The translations under genes and the position numbers were made by a program. Shown one piece after another: positions 13,480-27,151 of a stretch of 64,000 nucleotides of DNA. This DNA comes from Octopus vulgaris (lineage: Eukaryota): NCBI GenBank assembly GCA_951406725.2, contig OX597837.1:14632001-14696000 (forward strand), in the 5' to 3' direction. A model generated the notes under the pieces. The model saw only the letters and a program-made list of their open reading frames with translations. It was not told the DNA's origin and searched no databases. The first letter of the stretch is position 1, and each line of letters begins with the position of its first letter.

Positions 13480-14460
13480 ATCTTTTCCTTTTCTAGATTA
13501 ATTACAAGATTTACTTTATTTACCGCCCTTTGACCGTATCCTGTGAGTTACCTCCGCTGTCAACAGCACGTAAGTGAGTTTTTACTAATTTTACGTTATA
13601 TTAACGCGATGCCCATTCAGCCAATGAGGAGCGCCTCTTCTTCCACCGTCTTTCATTTTCTTCTGCGATTGTTATCGCTTATGTTCCGCCATAACAGCCT
13701 CTAAAGATGATTATAAAAGCTTAACAGCTTCCATTAATTATAATTATTATTTTGCCCTATTTATACTGAGTTCTGTTCATTCCGTTTGTTACCACCAACG
13801 TACATTTGTATATATAATGGCTAACAGATAGTGCTTCACTACATTATTACTTGTTGGGGTTGTTTTTATCTGAAATATACGAGCAATCGATCAGACTATT
13901 TCGCAGATTATCTTCGGTGATCTCATGTCCACAGATGATTAACAAATTTGATTGTTTTTCGTCAAGTTTAGTCACTTGGTCGAAAATTGCTGGACAACTG
14001 AGATATGAAATAGGCTTGTGGTCAGTTACACTACATATATCGTATTCAAATACTGTGGCTTTGAAATGATGTTGGTTGGCCTGCGTTTATCAGTCACCAG
14101 GAAACATGATAACCATCGCCTGATGATGCTAGCTATATAATAGCTGTACTCTGTATTTCAATATCTAGAATTCCTCAGTTAAGCAAAACAGGCAATATCG
14201 TGACCCATTGGAATACGAAGTAGTTTTACTTCATTAGGTCATCGAACTGATGGGCATTCAGACCCTGAGTTTCCAGATACATTGGGGAAAGTGTGTAGAG
14301 TTTACCCTATTCCTTGATCTAAATGAGTGAAATTGATGATGGTAACGGTCTTTGAATGTGTTCGCTGTTAGTCTCATTTCATTCTTTTCAATGCCACTCA
14401 GGAATGATAGGGACTCTTGATATATAGAGAACTGGGCGGGCTGATCAATGGTATGGTGTA
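13480..14460 (-). mobile_element. Decayed Penelope-like element: GIY-YIG endonuclease remnant and 3' pLTR
   Basis: About 14140-14400 translates LTANTFKDRYHHQFHSFRSRNRVNSTHFPQCIWKL..SYSNGSRYCLFCLTEE. Degenerate hammerhead-like CTGTTGA..GAG GTAA CTC..GATACGGTC near 13530-13568. Confidence 0.75.
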
Positions 14461-14984
14461 CGACTGCTGTACGAGACCGAATTATGTGATAAAGCTTAGT
14501 GGTTGCTCTGTATTAAAAAATATCGTGTTCCTTTAACTAAAACTATGTCCCTTACAATGCAAGCTACTGTCGTTTCGAACTGTATTTAACCACACAGTGA
14601 GAAGCTCTTCTCAAACAAGCAGGCAACAAAGTGAAAAAGTTTATTGTAATTATATATATAAATGGAGTTAAAGGCATCCGTTATTCAAATGAAAGTCGTC
14701 AATAAGACATTTTAACAAAATATGATGGATCTGTATAGTGATTAACTGAACGCTATTAAGTTTGTTTTAAAAAGTCGTTAGAGAAAATAACGTCAAAGAT
14801 AACATATAAAAAGAGGAGGGGTAAAGGAAAGAAAAAAAAACAAATAAATGAGAAGTATATAACGATATGTAATTTAAATAAAACCGTAAAGTCTTGGAAA
14901 AGATATATCTAGTGAATGTGAAATGTAAGAAGAAAATTAATGCTTAAATTATATATAATGATAGATATCACTTATATGAACTAA

Positions 14985-15715
14985 AGGTGTGTTTCTGCCT
15001 TCGGTATGCACGCTCTATAACCATTACATAGGTTTTGTGAGTAGGGACTGAGCTTTGTTGAAACATGTATGGCCATCCACTGCATCGTCGCTCCGTTCAA
15101 AACTTTAAAACCATCTCCTGCACCTCAACGTATCCAGCAGCATTTATTCTAAGACTCTGTGGGAATATGTGAGGTGCCATGACATGACCTTCGTTACTCA
15201 TCACTCCTAAAACCATTGCAGTTACTGAAAACTTAGTGTGGATCACACTGGAGAATTCAGAAGGTTCTACACGTAATCATCTGTCATTTTTTTCTGTTGG
15301 TCTTTTGGTTTTTGGTCAAAGGTTTTTCATCAGAGAAGAACCAAAGCAAGCCTTGTTTGTGAGGCTTATTATGAATCAAAAGGTTTTCCTGTGTCTTTGC
15401 AGACATGAATTGGCCTCTCTCTTAGTACATTTGACCTGTGTCGAATGTCTTCCTGTGCACCGCAGTTCTGACAGTTCACTCCGACACGTAAAGTTCTTCT
15501 GCGATGGGTCTCATTGATTTTCTGTGAGATCATCATCGATTATATTTAGACTCCGTTGAATGAATTGCGGTGATCTCATAATATCTGAACGTTTAGAATC
15601 TCTTTTTCTTTTCTTTTTGCTACAGATGAAACATTCTCACCGGAGGCTTTCAGTTCCATCTGCACTTTATGTATAAAACAAAGATCTTGCAACATTTAGA
15701 AATACCCTTCGCACT
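14985..15715 (-). mobile_element. Decayed Tc1/mariner-superfamily transposase, maT (DD37D)-like
   Basis: FLNVARS..KVQMELKASGENVSSVAKRK..IAEELYVSE*TVR..RGQFMS..WFFSDEK..NRKNDR*L..HTKFSVTAMVLGVMSNEGHVMAPHIFPQSLRINAAGY; stops and frameshifts. Confidence 0.85.
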
Positions 15716-16599
15716 CTGTGCGTGTACCATGTGTGTGTGTGTGTGTTTGCGTGTGTACCATGTGTGTGTGGGTGTGTGTGTGTGTGCTTACGAATCAAGC
15801 AAGTTGCATATAATCGCACGCAGTGCTTAATATAAAGCACATCAGGTTTATTTAAATAGATTTTTTTGCTCTTTTACAAAATTATGAAAACCTCGTCAAT
15901 CAATTATTACAATTAATCCCAAACTGTCGAACGTCTATCGAACATCTAATCGAACGCATTCTAAACATAGACTGACGTATCAGTCTCTTCTCATGAATGA
16001 TGCTCGACTTCTTTCTTTCTTTTGTTTTTTTTTGGGGTTTTTTTTTTTTGTTGTTTTTTTTGTTTTTTTAGTATTTTCAAATTAATCGTAGTTTTTAATA
16101 AAACAATGTGTGAAAACCTGGTCCTTACACCCAAGTCATACTTGCCTTATGAGTGTCGGCTCCGTGCGTATTTCGAGTTACATTATCAATCCTTTTTTAT
16201 AAGGCGCGATGCAGGTTTTGAATACTTAGCGTCTTTGTCTAACCGCCCAACCCATGCCAGCATGGAACGAGGATGTTAAATGATGCAGATGTTGAGTTTG
16301 ATGACAACGACGATGTCGACGTCGACGATGATGATGATGATGATGATGTTTATGAAAACATTCTCAATTAGATATTTGAGGCATTTTCCCGCTCTAAATG
16401 TACTTCTAAATCTAGAGTCGTGTATATTCTAATAAGTGTGTTACGAGTACATACTTCGTACTCATAGAGGTTATTATGTACTCATCGGGTTTATGTACAC
16501 TCGGAAGAACATTTTTGTGTACTCTTAAGTCTTCAGTTTTATCATAAGGAGAGTTCAATGTACTCTTAAGGGGTCTTTTTTATGTACTCATAACAAGGT

Positions 16600-17150
16600 T
16601 AGTCTCTTTCTCTCCCTGTCTACAATGCATAAACCATTTACTTTAACAAAGCACACACACACAAACATGTAACCACATGTGCGTCATCAATACCTTTCTT
16701 TCTACACCACCCCCATACACTCCAACACCCTCACACACACGCTTCCACTCTACCCGTCGAACTATTGCACAAAGCAACATATAATTCCAGCCCAATAACC
16801 AACGCCACCATACCCCCACATTTTCACCCGTCTATACACCAACTAACATCACATACACACACACACACACAACACTCCTACTTATGCTTGCTTCCGGGTA
16901 CAGGTACACAGTGATTCATGCACCTGGTCACAAGCCTGTTTCTTCCGTCTAAACTCCTCTCCTAAAGCAGCCTCCCTCCTTGGTTCTCACCTTCCGTGTC
17001 CTCCTGTCTTCTTCCACCCCCTTTCTTTTTACTTTTATAAACTCATTGTTTCTCTTCCTTATTCTTCACATCCTATTCTTCTCTTTTCCTTCTGTTTTGA
17101 TGAAGGACTAATATCCGAAACGTCACTTCGCTCTTTTTCTCCCTCTGCAT
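16600..17150 (+). mobile_element. Penelope-type 3' region with a hammerhead-like motif at 17097-17124
   Basis: TTGATGA-A-GGA CTAATA TCC-GAA ACGT-C after a CA/CT-rich segment. Confidence 0.5.
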
Positions 17151-17154
17151 CACT

Positions 17155-17373
17155 CTTTTACTTGTTTCAGTCAGTTGATTGTGGCCATGCTGGAGCACCG
17201 CATTTTAGTCGAGCAAATCGACACCAGGACTTATTCTTTTTAAGCCTGGTACCTATTCTGTCGGTCTCTTTTGCCGAACCGCTAAGTTACGGGGACGTAA
17301 ACACACCAGCATCAGTTGTCAAGCGATGTTGGGGGGAGGGAACAAACACAGACACACAGACATATACACACAC

Positions 17374-17445
<72 letters not shown>

Positions 17446-17600
17446 GACGGGCTTCTTTCAGTTTCCGTCTACCAAATCCACTCACAAGGCTTTGGTCGGC
17501 CCGAGGCTATAGTAGAAGACACTTACCCAAGGTGCCACGCAGTGGGACTCAACTCGGAACCAAGTAGTTGGGAAGCAGGCTTTTTGTCATACAGCCACGT
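17155..17600 (-). mobile_element. SINE family B (tRNA head, CORE-like domain, internal microsatellite, LINE-like tail; probably octopus OR2-like)
   Basis: GTGGCACCTTGGG(C/T)AAGTGTCTT CORE-like segment; tail GGTGCTCCAGCATGGCC..GACTGAAACAAG. The OR2 name is from recollection. Confidence 0.88.
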
Positions 17601-18300
17601 CGATGATTAGTCAACATCAATATGTTGACTGATGCACCAATATTAGTCATTGGGATTATCCAATATTAGTCATTAGCCAATGTTATTAGAAGAATTCCCA
17701 AGTGCTGTTTATTATGTGTCGGTCTTGACGTGACCTCTTCATCGAAGCATAGACTTCACCATAGTTGCAGAAATCTTAATACCAAAACCATTAAGTTAAT
17801 GCCCAAGATTGTATACTGAAAAACTGTATGTATGCTAATCTGCCCCGCTCTTTCTTTTGTACGTAACTGTCGCCGCTACTCTGCTTCCACCACAGTGTAT
17901 AATCCCTGTTTCACTGTTTTGCCTCATCTTCTTGTCCATCATTGATCATTTTACCATTTCGCCCTACATCCCACTCACATTCTTCCTCTTTGTTTGTCAC
18001 TGATTCCTTATTGTAACCAGTTTTTTTTTATCAACAGCGTGCTCACCTTCTATCGCTTTCATATCGAATAATATTGATTAATTTAAAAACGAAATAAAAT
18101 GTTGTAGATGCACGTTCATTGTATAAACAGCCGAAACGGTTGGTATCAAGTCAGATCGAATTGTTACACTTCTATCTTTAGACATAATGTTACAAAGGTA
18201 AAAGATCACAAGAAGGAAGGAAGTAAATAGGTTTGCAGAAAGTTTCCTACAGCACTAATTGTATGTACCAAACACTTTATCTCATCAGACTTGATATATC

Positions 18301-18403
<103 letters not shown>

Positions 18404-18513
18404 GGATGGATGGATGGATGGATGGATGGATGGATGGATGGATAGATGGATGGATAGACGAACCGACAGACAAATAGAGAGGGAGGGAGGGAGGGAGGGA
18501 GGGAGGGAGGGAG

Positions 18514-18565
<52 letters not shown>

Positions 18566-18689
18566 CTGTGTATGTGTGTCCTTATCTTTATCCCTCGTTC
18601 CTCTTCACAACGAGTGTTGGTTTGTTTATGTCCTCATAACGACAAACGTTTCCGATAGAATAAGTACCAGACACCAAGGTACAAGAGCA

Positions 18690-19342
18690 ATTGTAAGGAA
18701 AAACGAGTTAGGCAAGTCGCTGTACAAAAGATATTAAATATATTTAATACAAAAAATGTAGATATGTTTACATATTAAAAAAAAGTGCGACTTCCACTGA
18801 ATGGAAATGATATCAAGAATTAAGGGAATTGAGTAGGCGTTTTACGAGTCCAAGAGCTGTTTCTGGGGAGTCGGTCATCATCGGATACCACAAGCCACCG
18901 TCTTCAGGGAAGAATTTTACATTTGGAGTGTTAACAGAATGGAGATTCAAAATGGAATTTTACACTTGCGATGTTGACAGAATGAAGATTAAAGATGCAC
19001 CAGGAAACCCCAAGAAACAGATGTTGGACTCGTAAAACTCCGACTCAGTTCCCTTAATTCCTGATATCATTTCCATTCTGTGGAAGTCGAATTTTTTTAT
19101 ATGTAAACACATGTACGTTTTTTGTATTAAATATATTTAAATTTTGTGTACATTGGCGCAGGAGTGGCTGTGTGGTAAATAGTTTGCTTACCAACCACAT
19201 GGTTCTGGGTTCAGTCCCACTGTGTGACACCTTGGGCAAGTGTCTTCTACTATAGCCCCGGGCCGACCAAAGCCTTGTGAGTGAATTTGGTAGACGGAAA
19301 CTGAAAGAAGCCCGTCGTATATATATATATATATATATGTGT

Positions 19343-19401
<59 letters not shown>

Positions 19402-19630
19402 CGTGTATGTTTGTGTGTCTGTGTTTGTCCCCCTAGCATTGCTTGACAACCGATGCTGGTGTGTTTATGTACCCGTCACTTAGCGGTTCGACAAAAGAGA
19501 CCGATAGAATAAGTACTGGGCTTACAAAAGAATAAGTCTCGGGGTCGATTTGCTCGACTAAAGGCGGTGCTCCAGCATGGCCGCAGTCAAATGACTGAAA
19601 CAACTTGCCCCACTTACTCGTCCTTACATT
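18690..19630. mobile_element. Foldback/MITE with inverted arms of about 130-160 bp, right arm interrupted by SINE B
   Basis: 18721-18853 is an imperfect reverse complement of 19024-19152; similarity resumes between 19601-19630 and 18690-18720. Confidence 0.8.
19155..19600 (+). mobile_element. SINE family B, full length
   Basis: GGCGCAGGAGTGGCTGTGTGGTAA head, GGGTTCAGTCCC B-box, (TA)(TG) centre, conserved tail. Confidence 0.92.
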
Positions 19631-19641
19631 TACGCCTATAA

Positions 19642-19810
19642 CGGACAGTCCGTTGCAGGATTGCTCACTTTTGTCAACTGAGTAAACTGAAACAAACGTA
19701 AAATAAAGTGTCCCACTCAAGAACACAATGTGTCTCCCGGTCCAGGAATCGAAACCACAATCTTACGATCATGAGTCCAACACTCTAACCACTTCGCCAC
19801 GCGCTTCTAA
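19642..19810 (-). mobile_element. tRNA-derived SINE family C with a 10-bp TSD
   Basis: A-box TGGCGAAGTGG, B-box GGTTTCGATTCC; ACGCCTATAA duplicated at 19632-19641 and 19811-19820. Confidence 0.8.
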
Positions 19811-19879
19811 ACGCCTATAATTAAACGTTCTTATTTTCGCATGTGCCATTATCTGTTCTTACTGTGCTCTTTAACACAT

Positions 19880-20090
19880 TGAGCAGCAAGATGGCGCCAC
19901 TGGTTGCGGTTTTTCTCTGCGTCCGGTCATGCGATATTGTCCTCTTTCATGTCCGCTTTCAATGTTCTGCGCCAAGTAGTTTTCGATTTTCCTATCTCTC
20001 TTTTCCGCCTCCGACGGTCTCCATTTAACAACTGCTTTAGACCGGCGTTGCTCTGGTAGCCAGAGGAAGTGACCTGCTGGTTTTTAATCT
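19880..20090 (-). mobile_element. RTE-clade LINE C-terminal fragment
   Basis: RRKREIGKSKTTWRRTLKADMKEDNIA*..RNQWRHL resembles the RTE tail motif GKRxRGRPKxTWRRT..DRxxWR. Confidence 0.7.
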
Positions 20091-20796
20091 TTGTTCTGTA
20101 TGTACGTAGGCGTAACACAAAAGTGTGTTCGGATGGCAAAACGTCGTTTTGTGTGCTGGCTCAGCGAAATAAAGAACGAGGGAAAAGTTCAATAAGATAA
20201 CAAAACACATTTACGCGCACACACACACACACACACAAATTTGTAACAAAAAAATGATGATTCATCACCCCGTTACTCTATCGCTAAGAACAATCATTCG
20301 GGTGAAAAACGCTAGAAAATCGGGCAAGTTTCATGTGGCCCAGCGGAAAACATCGTTTAGCTCTATTTTGACTGGTCATAATGATGAGGTGATTGGCTGC
20401 AATCAGCCACCTGATCGTTGTTACCTCAAGCAACGTTGTAGCTACATGGGGATAACTCGTTCTGAGTTAACAGCATGATACTATTATGATGTAGGGGAGG
20501 AAACTTCATCAGTTATAAGAAAGGTGGTTGCCCAGTTTGATTTAGAAAATTAATTTCTATTTGTGACGGCAAACGTACAGAAGTTCGGATCTTCTAATCA
20601 ACGGACTTGAAATCGTGTTTTAAGCCGGTCTATATTAAATACCCACAGTCATCGTTTTATTGCTTCTATGATCGCGTGTATCGAGGAATCCGGGGAGGGC
20701 AGCAAAGTCGATTGCTCAAGTTTTATTTTTTATTTAATTAATAAACTCTCTTACATCTATCGAATACTCTTTCTCTCCCAGGTAATCCCAAACGTG

Positions 20797-20830
<34 letters not shown>

Positions 20831-21219
20831 TGTATATATTTGTGGTAGAGTATGCATGTGTGTATTATACGCTTATACACACACACACACATACATATAT
20901 ATATATACACACATATATGTATGTATGAATCTATATATATATGTATATGTGTGTGTATATTTATATATACACATGTATATTCATACAAATATATGTATAT
21001 GTGTGTGTGTATGTCTATATACATATATGTATATTTATATATGTATGATCATATATATGCATATATAAGCATACATATAAAAGAGGCATTTACGCACATT
21101 TGCACACTCACACTCTCCACACATACACGCACACACATACACAAGTACAAATCAAACGGTGATAACCAAAGTGTGTAAAATAAGTCATGTCACATGTTCG
21201 TATGTGTGTGTGTGTGTGT

Positions 21220-21258
<39 letters not shown>

Positions 21259-21519
21259 GTGTGTGTGTGTGTATGACTGAAGGTAGAGATGAATGGATGA
21301 AGGGTGTACTTTGCTATCCCCAGGGCACGGGTTCGATGCCAAAGTGTGAAACCTTGAGCAAGTGTCTGCTATCCTAGTCTCAGGTGCTCCCAAATCTTGC
21401 CAGTGAAATTGGGTAGATGGAAAATATACGAAAAGCGGTCCTGTAATAGAAACCGTCATCCTTGTATCTCTGGGGTACGTTGATTTTTCCCTGTGGATTT
21501 TTCCCTTGGATTACAGAAT

Positions 21520-21985
21520 GCCTTGCGGTATTTATTTTGGCTCCTTATGTTCAGAGTGCAAATCCCGCCGAGTCCATTTCTGTCTTTCCACCTTCGTTCT
21601 CGGTCAAATAACATAAAGTAACATTCTAAGATGATGGGCTGATCGAATCATTTGCGAGTCGGACAGGATGTTTTTACTCCAGTTCTTTACGCTCTGAGTT
21701 CAAATTCCGCTGAGGCCATCTGTCTTCCCGCCCTCCTGGGTCAGTAAAATAAAATACCATCAAGGGCAGGCGGAATCACGGGCGTATCGGACAGGGTGTT
21801 ATGTTTTAGTTCTTTACTTTCCGAGTTCAAATCCTGCTGAGTCATATGTCTTTCCCCCTTCCTGGGTCGGCAAATGAAAGTTCCATTCTAAGGTTATGGA
21901 CTGGCGAAATCATGAGTGTATCGGACAGGATATTAAGTTCCGGCTCTTTACGTTTCGAGTTCAAATCCTGTCGTGGTCTACATGG
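21520..21985 (+). repeat. Four tandem degenerate SINE-A-like units of about 125-140 bp
   Basis: B-box GAGT(T/G)CAAAT(C/T)C near 21555, 21696, 21823 and 21957; CGGACAGG precedes three of them. Confidence 0.7.
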
Positions 21986-22427
21986 GTTTAGGTGACTCAA
22001 TTCACCGCACGTTTTCACACCAACGTTGGGTACCTCCATCGGTGTGCACCTTGCTGCAAGCGTTTGGGTCGGGTTTCTAATTTGGGATTACATCTCTTCC
22101 TACCACAGGGAGCTGCTTACATTCTGACTAATCTATAACAAAAAATGTGTCTATGGTATACTCAACCACTGGTGCCATAATTTAAAGAGTATGTGATTCT
22201 GTTATTCGTACAATTTGAGACTCTCATCTTCCTGGATGTATGTGGCTGTTGGTGCGGTGTACGTATTTGTGTGTGTGTTTGTAGTAGCTTCGGTTTCGAT
22301 GTGTGGGTTGATGGAGTATGTAGTAGTGGATCGTTGTATATGTATGTGTGTGTGTGTTTGTGTGAGTGTGTCTGAATCTACGTATGCATATATATGTAGT
22401 ATATCTATATATATGAACATATGTATT

Positions 22428-22477
<50 letters not shown>

Positions 22478-22519
22478 CAATATATAAAATTATATATATA
22501 TATGATTATATAATATACG

Positions 22520-22558
<39 letters not shown>

Positions 22559-22672
22559 TAAAAGCAAAAGGCGAACAAGCTTAAAGGGGCGCGATGAATG
22601 ACCACGAAGTTCTTACGGAAACCACGATTTCTTGGGTTCCATCTCTCTGCGTGGCATCTCAGGCATATCATA

Positions 22673-22761
<89 letters not shown>

Positions 22762-22862
22762 CAATATTTAAATATTTATGTAGATAAATATAGGTATATA
22801 CATGATAGACGAACGTGTGGGAAGAAGTTATATGAATTGTGCATGTATACATATTTGATTAA

Positions 22863-22899
<37 letters not shown>

Positions 22900-22901
<2 letters not shown>

Positions 22902-23075
22902 CAATTTGAAAACCCCACTAGAATGGGCGAAAGCTCTAATATATGATCTAAGTTATAGGATGTATAAAAACATGTAATATACAAATAAATATCTGTAAAT
23001 ATAAAACCATCCGAATTTCTGAGTACCTCATTTCTTCTAATATAAAATACCTGTACATCATCTCCAAACCTTCTA

Positions 23076-23080
<5 letters not shown>
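22900..23080 (+). mobile_element. Short Penelope-type repeat with a degenerate hammerhead-like motif
   Basis: TTGAAAA-C-CCCA CTAGAA TGGG-C-GAA AGCT-C at 22906-22936; lies between (TA)n tracts. Confidence 0.4.
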
Positions 23081-23115
<35 letters not shown>

Positions 23116-23479
23116 TAGATAATTCATATTATATTGAAAGTTTGCGTACGTGTGTGGTTGTTTTTGTACATTTATATGTGTAGAAACATATATATTGATG
23201 TATATGTATTTTTCTGTATGTACGTGTGTGTGTATTCATGTGATTTGTGTGCGGTTGTGTAGCCACAGGTCGTCGGTGCTAATCGCGATGGGGACCTTAT
23301 GATCAAAGTCGAGTAAATCGTGACCATCTCTCCTAATTTTTTCGTGAATTGTGTATCCCCAGGAAAGCATTATCTGATATATCAATATAACATGTTTTAT
23401 ATGTCATGTAAGGTTTGATTCAAGACAGATTTGGCTGCTATTTCTAGTACCTCGAATTGACCATGCAGAAACACCATCC

Positions 23480-23534
<55 letters not shown>

Positions 23535-24965
23535 CCTCTCTTATTGGCTCGTATGCCTCTGTATTTGTGTACAGTTAATTACTGAAGCAGCTATCAACTG
23601 CTCAACTTCTTAAACAAACGAAAGTGCTTATTAAAGAATCTAGTGCAACTTTAACCCTGGGTACCAGGACACGATAAAGCCAGTGGCGAGAGCTTACAAA
23701 GTAGTAATCGAAGGTAGCACACGAAAGGGTTACTCTCTTCATATGTAGAAAAAGTAACCTTCCTTCCCTCGCATCTAACTACCCCATTATCTATAAAACC
23801 ATAACCGGTCCGTTCTTCCTTCGGCTAAGGGGTTCACAGCTCTAAAATTTTCTTTCTATATATATATATATGTCTATGTTTATATTTCAGTACATCACTT
23901 CTAGTCTATCCTTTCGTTATAACCCATATAAATCTGCTCCTGTTTTGAATCTATCGAATTTTTTGTTCACGTCAAAACGGTGTTTTTAATAGCCATTTGG
24001 AACTATGCTAAAACAACCCACACACCAGATTCTGTAGTATTTATGTATAAATTAACATTACATCACAATCGAGTGGCGACCCTGTATTCTTTTTATAAAT
24101 GTTTAAAAAAACACCAATAGAACGTATCCTCATATATATATATAGTTCTAATCAGACCTAGTACAACGGACAGGTTGATATTATATTTGTGTCAACAATA
24201 AGGGGAGTAAAACCACACAACACACGATACAAAAAAAAATCAATAAATATAACTGAAAATAATAAAATAATATGTATATATGTGTGTATATAATTGTGTT
24301 TAAATAAACACATTTTTTTATAAACAATATAATAAACAAATCGAGGAGCAGCAATTCATTCGAAAAAAGAAACAGTATTTAAAATGAAGGCCACGGGACA
24401 ACGATTGTGTGGGAAGGAAATTGTTTAATCGGACGCCATTTTTATCAAAGTCGTTTTGTCTACGAGGTCATTGCTAGGTTTGTTTCTTTTTTCTTTATTT
24501 TTATTTTTGAGGGATGGGTCTAGCTTCTTTTTAAATTTGATTTTTACTTTTTATTTTCGTTTATTTTTTAGCTATCATTAAATTAAAAGTAGATTTTTCG
24601 CAATATATGTTTGTTGGGATTTTGTCGTGACAATTTCATTGGGGAGCGCTGCCAAAATAGGTAGTGTTACTTGCTGGAAGAATGAATGGATGGCCGGATG
24701 GATGGATATTGCGCTGTTCGTTACACCTACAACTCAGACACATCAAAGAAATCATGTATGTCCCTTTATTCAAAACAGTCTCATTACAAATTCTACACTT
24801 ATTTGAACTGCCGTTTCCAAATAATAAAGTAACAAGAATATTTTTAATCAACAAATAACTCTTAAATATGAAATATATTATTATACTTGTGTAGGTTGGG
24901 AAGGCATATATCAATGTGTGTGTGTGTGCGTGTATGTGTGTGCGTGTGTGTGTGTGTGTGTGTGT

Positions 24966-25134
24966 AGGCGCAGGAGTGGCTGCGTGGTAAGTTGCTTGCT
25001 TACCAACCACATAGTTCCTGGTTCAGTCCCACTGCATGGCACCTTGCACAAGTATCTTCTACTATTGCCTCGGGCCGACCAAAGCCTTGTGAGTTGATTT
25101 GGTAGACGGAAACTGAAAGAAGCCCATCATATAT

Positions 25135-25185
<51 letters not shown>

Positions 25186-25395
25186 TGTGTCTGTGTCTGT
25201 GTTTCTCTCACCACAATCGCTTGACAACCGATGCTGATGCGTTTACGTCCGCGTAACTTAGCGGTTCGGCAAATATGATCGATAGAATAAGTACTGGGCT
25301 TACAAAGAATAAGTCCCGGGGTCGATTTGCGCGACTAAAGGCGGTGCTCCAGCATGGCCGCAGTCAAATGACTGAAACAAGTAAAACAATAAAAG
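24966..25395 (+). mobile_element. SINE family B, full length
   Basis: Same head, CORE-like domain, (TG)n centre and tail as 19155-19600. Confidence 0.92.
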
Positions 25396-25519
25396 AATAT
25401 ATATATATGTGTATTCTTATATATATAATAGATATATATATATATGTGTGTGTATATAAATATTTATGTATATATATATGTATTTATAATATATATATAT
25501 ATGTATGTATGTGTGTGTG

Positions 25520-25550
<31 letters not shown>

Positions 25551-25977
25551 ATATAAATACATATATATGTATGTTTATATACGCCCGCTCTCAAACACAA
25601 ACACACTCATATACACGCGTACACGTATATATACTCATGCATACATACATGCATGCATGCACGCATTCATGCATATGTGCAGCAATAAGTACAGGTGACC
25701 AATCGCGCATACTTTCCTGAGTTATTAACGTGTAACGATGTGTGCACCTGAGTGTGTTTGGATGTTTGGTTGGTGCTGAAGACTTCGTTTCGGAATACAG
25801 AAAGCATATTTTGGTACATGTACACCTGAATATAAACACATCTATTGTTCTATCTACTTTATTATTCCATAAACTAACAACGGCCAATAACAAGACCTTT
25901 GGCCGTCTGACACTAAAAATAACCAGGTATCTCCTCTTGTTCCACGTCATTTGTTCGGCAGCCCTCACACACACACA

Positions 25978-26058
<81 letters not shown>

Positions 26059-26142
26059 ACGAATCATCCTCGTGCGTGCACACACACACATGAGCACTCC
26101 ATCGGTTGACAGACATAATCATTGCTACCAGAATATATTAAA

Positions 26143-26370
26143 CAAGGCGTGGAAAGCTGGCGGAAACGTTAGCACGCCGGGCGAAATGCTTAGCAGTATT
26201 TCGTCTGCCGTTACGTTCTGAGTTCAAATCCCACCGCGGTCGACTTTGCCTTTCATCTATTTGGGGTCGATAAATTAAGTACTGGTTGCATACTGAGGTC
26301 GATCTAATCGACTGGTCTCCTCCCCACAAAAAGTTCGGGTCTTGTGCATAGAGTAGAAAAGATTATATTA
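26143..26370 (+). mobile_element. SINE family A
   Basis: Head, B-box and body; tail CTTGTGCATAGAGTAGAAAAGATTA. Confidence 0.88.
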
Positions 26371-26599
26371 TACATTTATTTCATTTTATGGCAAACAGCT
26401 TGCAAATATGATATTGAGTCCAACAGTAGCACAGACACGAGGTGGGGGTTCTTTTCGGTGGTAAGTCTTTTGCACGCTATAACTAGTAAATGCATAACAC
26501 CAATAAAACGACCATCGCGAATCGAACTCACATTTCTCTCCACCTATTTGCGTACCTACCTACCTCCTTTTCCATCTGTCTATCTGTCTATCAATATGC

Positions 26600-26990
26600 A
26601 AGCGCAGGCGTGGCTGCGTGGTAAGAAGCTTGCTTCCCAACTACGCGCTTCTGGGTTCAGTCCCACTGCGTGGCACCTTGTGCAATTATCTTCTACTGTA
26701 GCCTCAAGATGACCAAAGCCTTTGAGTAGATGTGGTAGATGGAAACTGGAAGAAGCCCGTCGTGTGTGTGTGGTGTGTGTGCATGTGTATGTATGAGTGT
26801 GTGTTTGCATCTCTTTATCTTCCACTAACGCTTGACAACCGATGTTGGTGTGTTTACGTCCCCGTAACATCGCGGTTCGACAAAAAAGAGCGATAGAATA
26901 AGTACCAGGCTTAAAAAAAATTTCGTTCGACTGTAAATTCTTCAAGGTGGTGCCCCAGTATGGCCGCAGCCGAATGACCGAACCGAGCAG
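26600..26990 (+). mobile_element. SINE family B, diverged
   Basis: GCGCAGGCGTGGCTGCGTGGTAAG head through GGTGCCCCAGTATGGCCGCAG tail. Confidence 0.85.
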
Positions 26991-27151
26991 AGGAAAGATA
27001 GAAGCTATGCCATGCGAAGCTCTGGCAGACACGTGTGTCGGTGCGTGTGTAATGATGGCAATTCGGATATAAACATCGAAGAGAAAAGCCGATCATACAT
27101 TAATAATGAACGAAAAGTAGCAAAACGGGAAGAATGTGGAGAAGGAAAGGT

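Noticed and set aside
13497-13569. Plus-strand exon with good splice signals
   Set aside because: Lies antisense within the Penelope 3' terminal region; no recognisable peptide.
19740-19810. tRNA gene
   Set aside because: The tRNA-like head continues into a SINE body and is bounded by a TSD; the other A/B-box hits also continue into SINE bodies.
23725-23765. Pre-miRNA-like hairpin GGTTACT...AGTAACC
   Set aside because: Stem too short and imperfect for a miRNA precursor.
26399-26460. Other splice-bounded candidates (this one on plus; 28290-28376 and 41756-41815 on minus)
   Set aside because: Only one strong splice site each and no homology; expected by chance in 64 kb.
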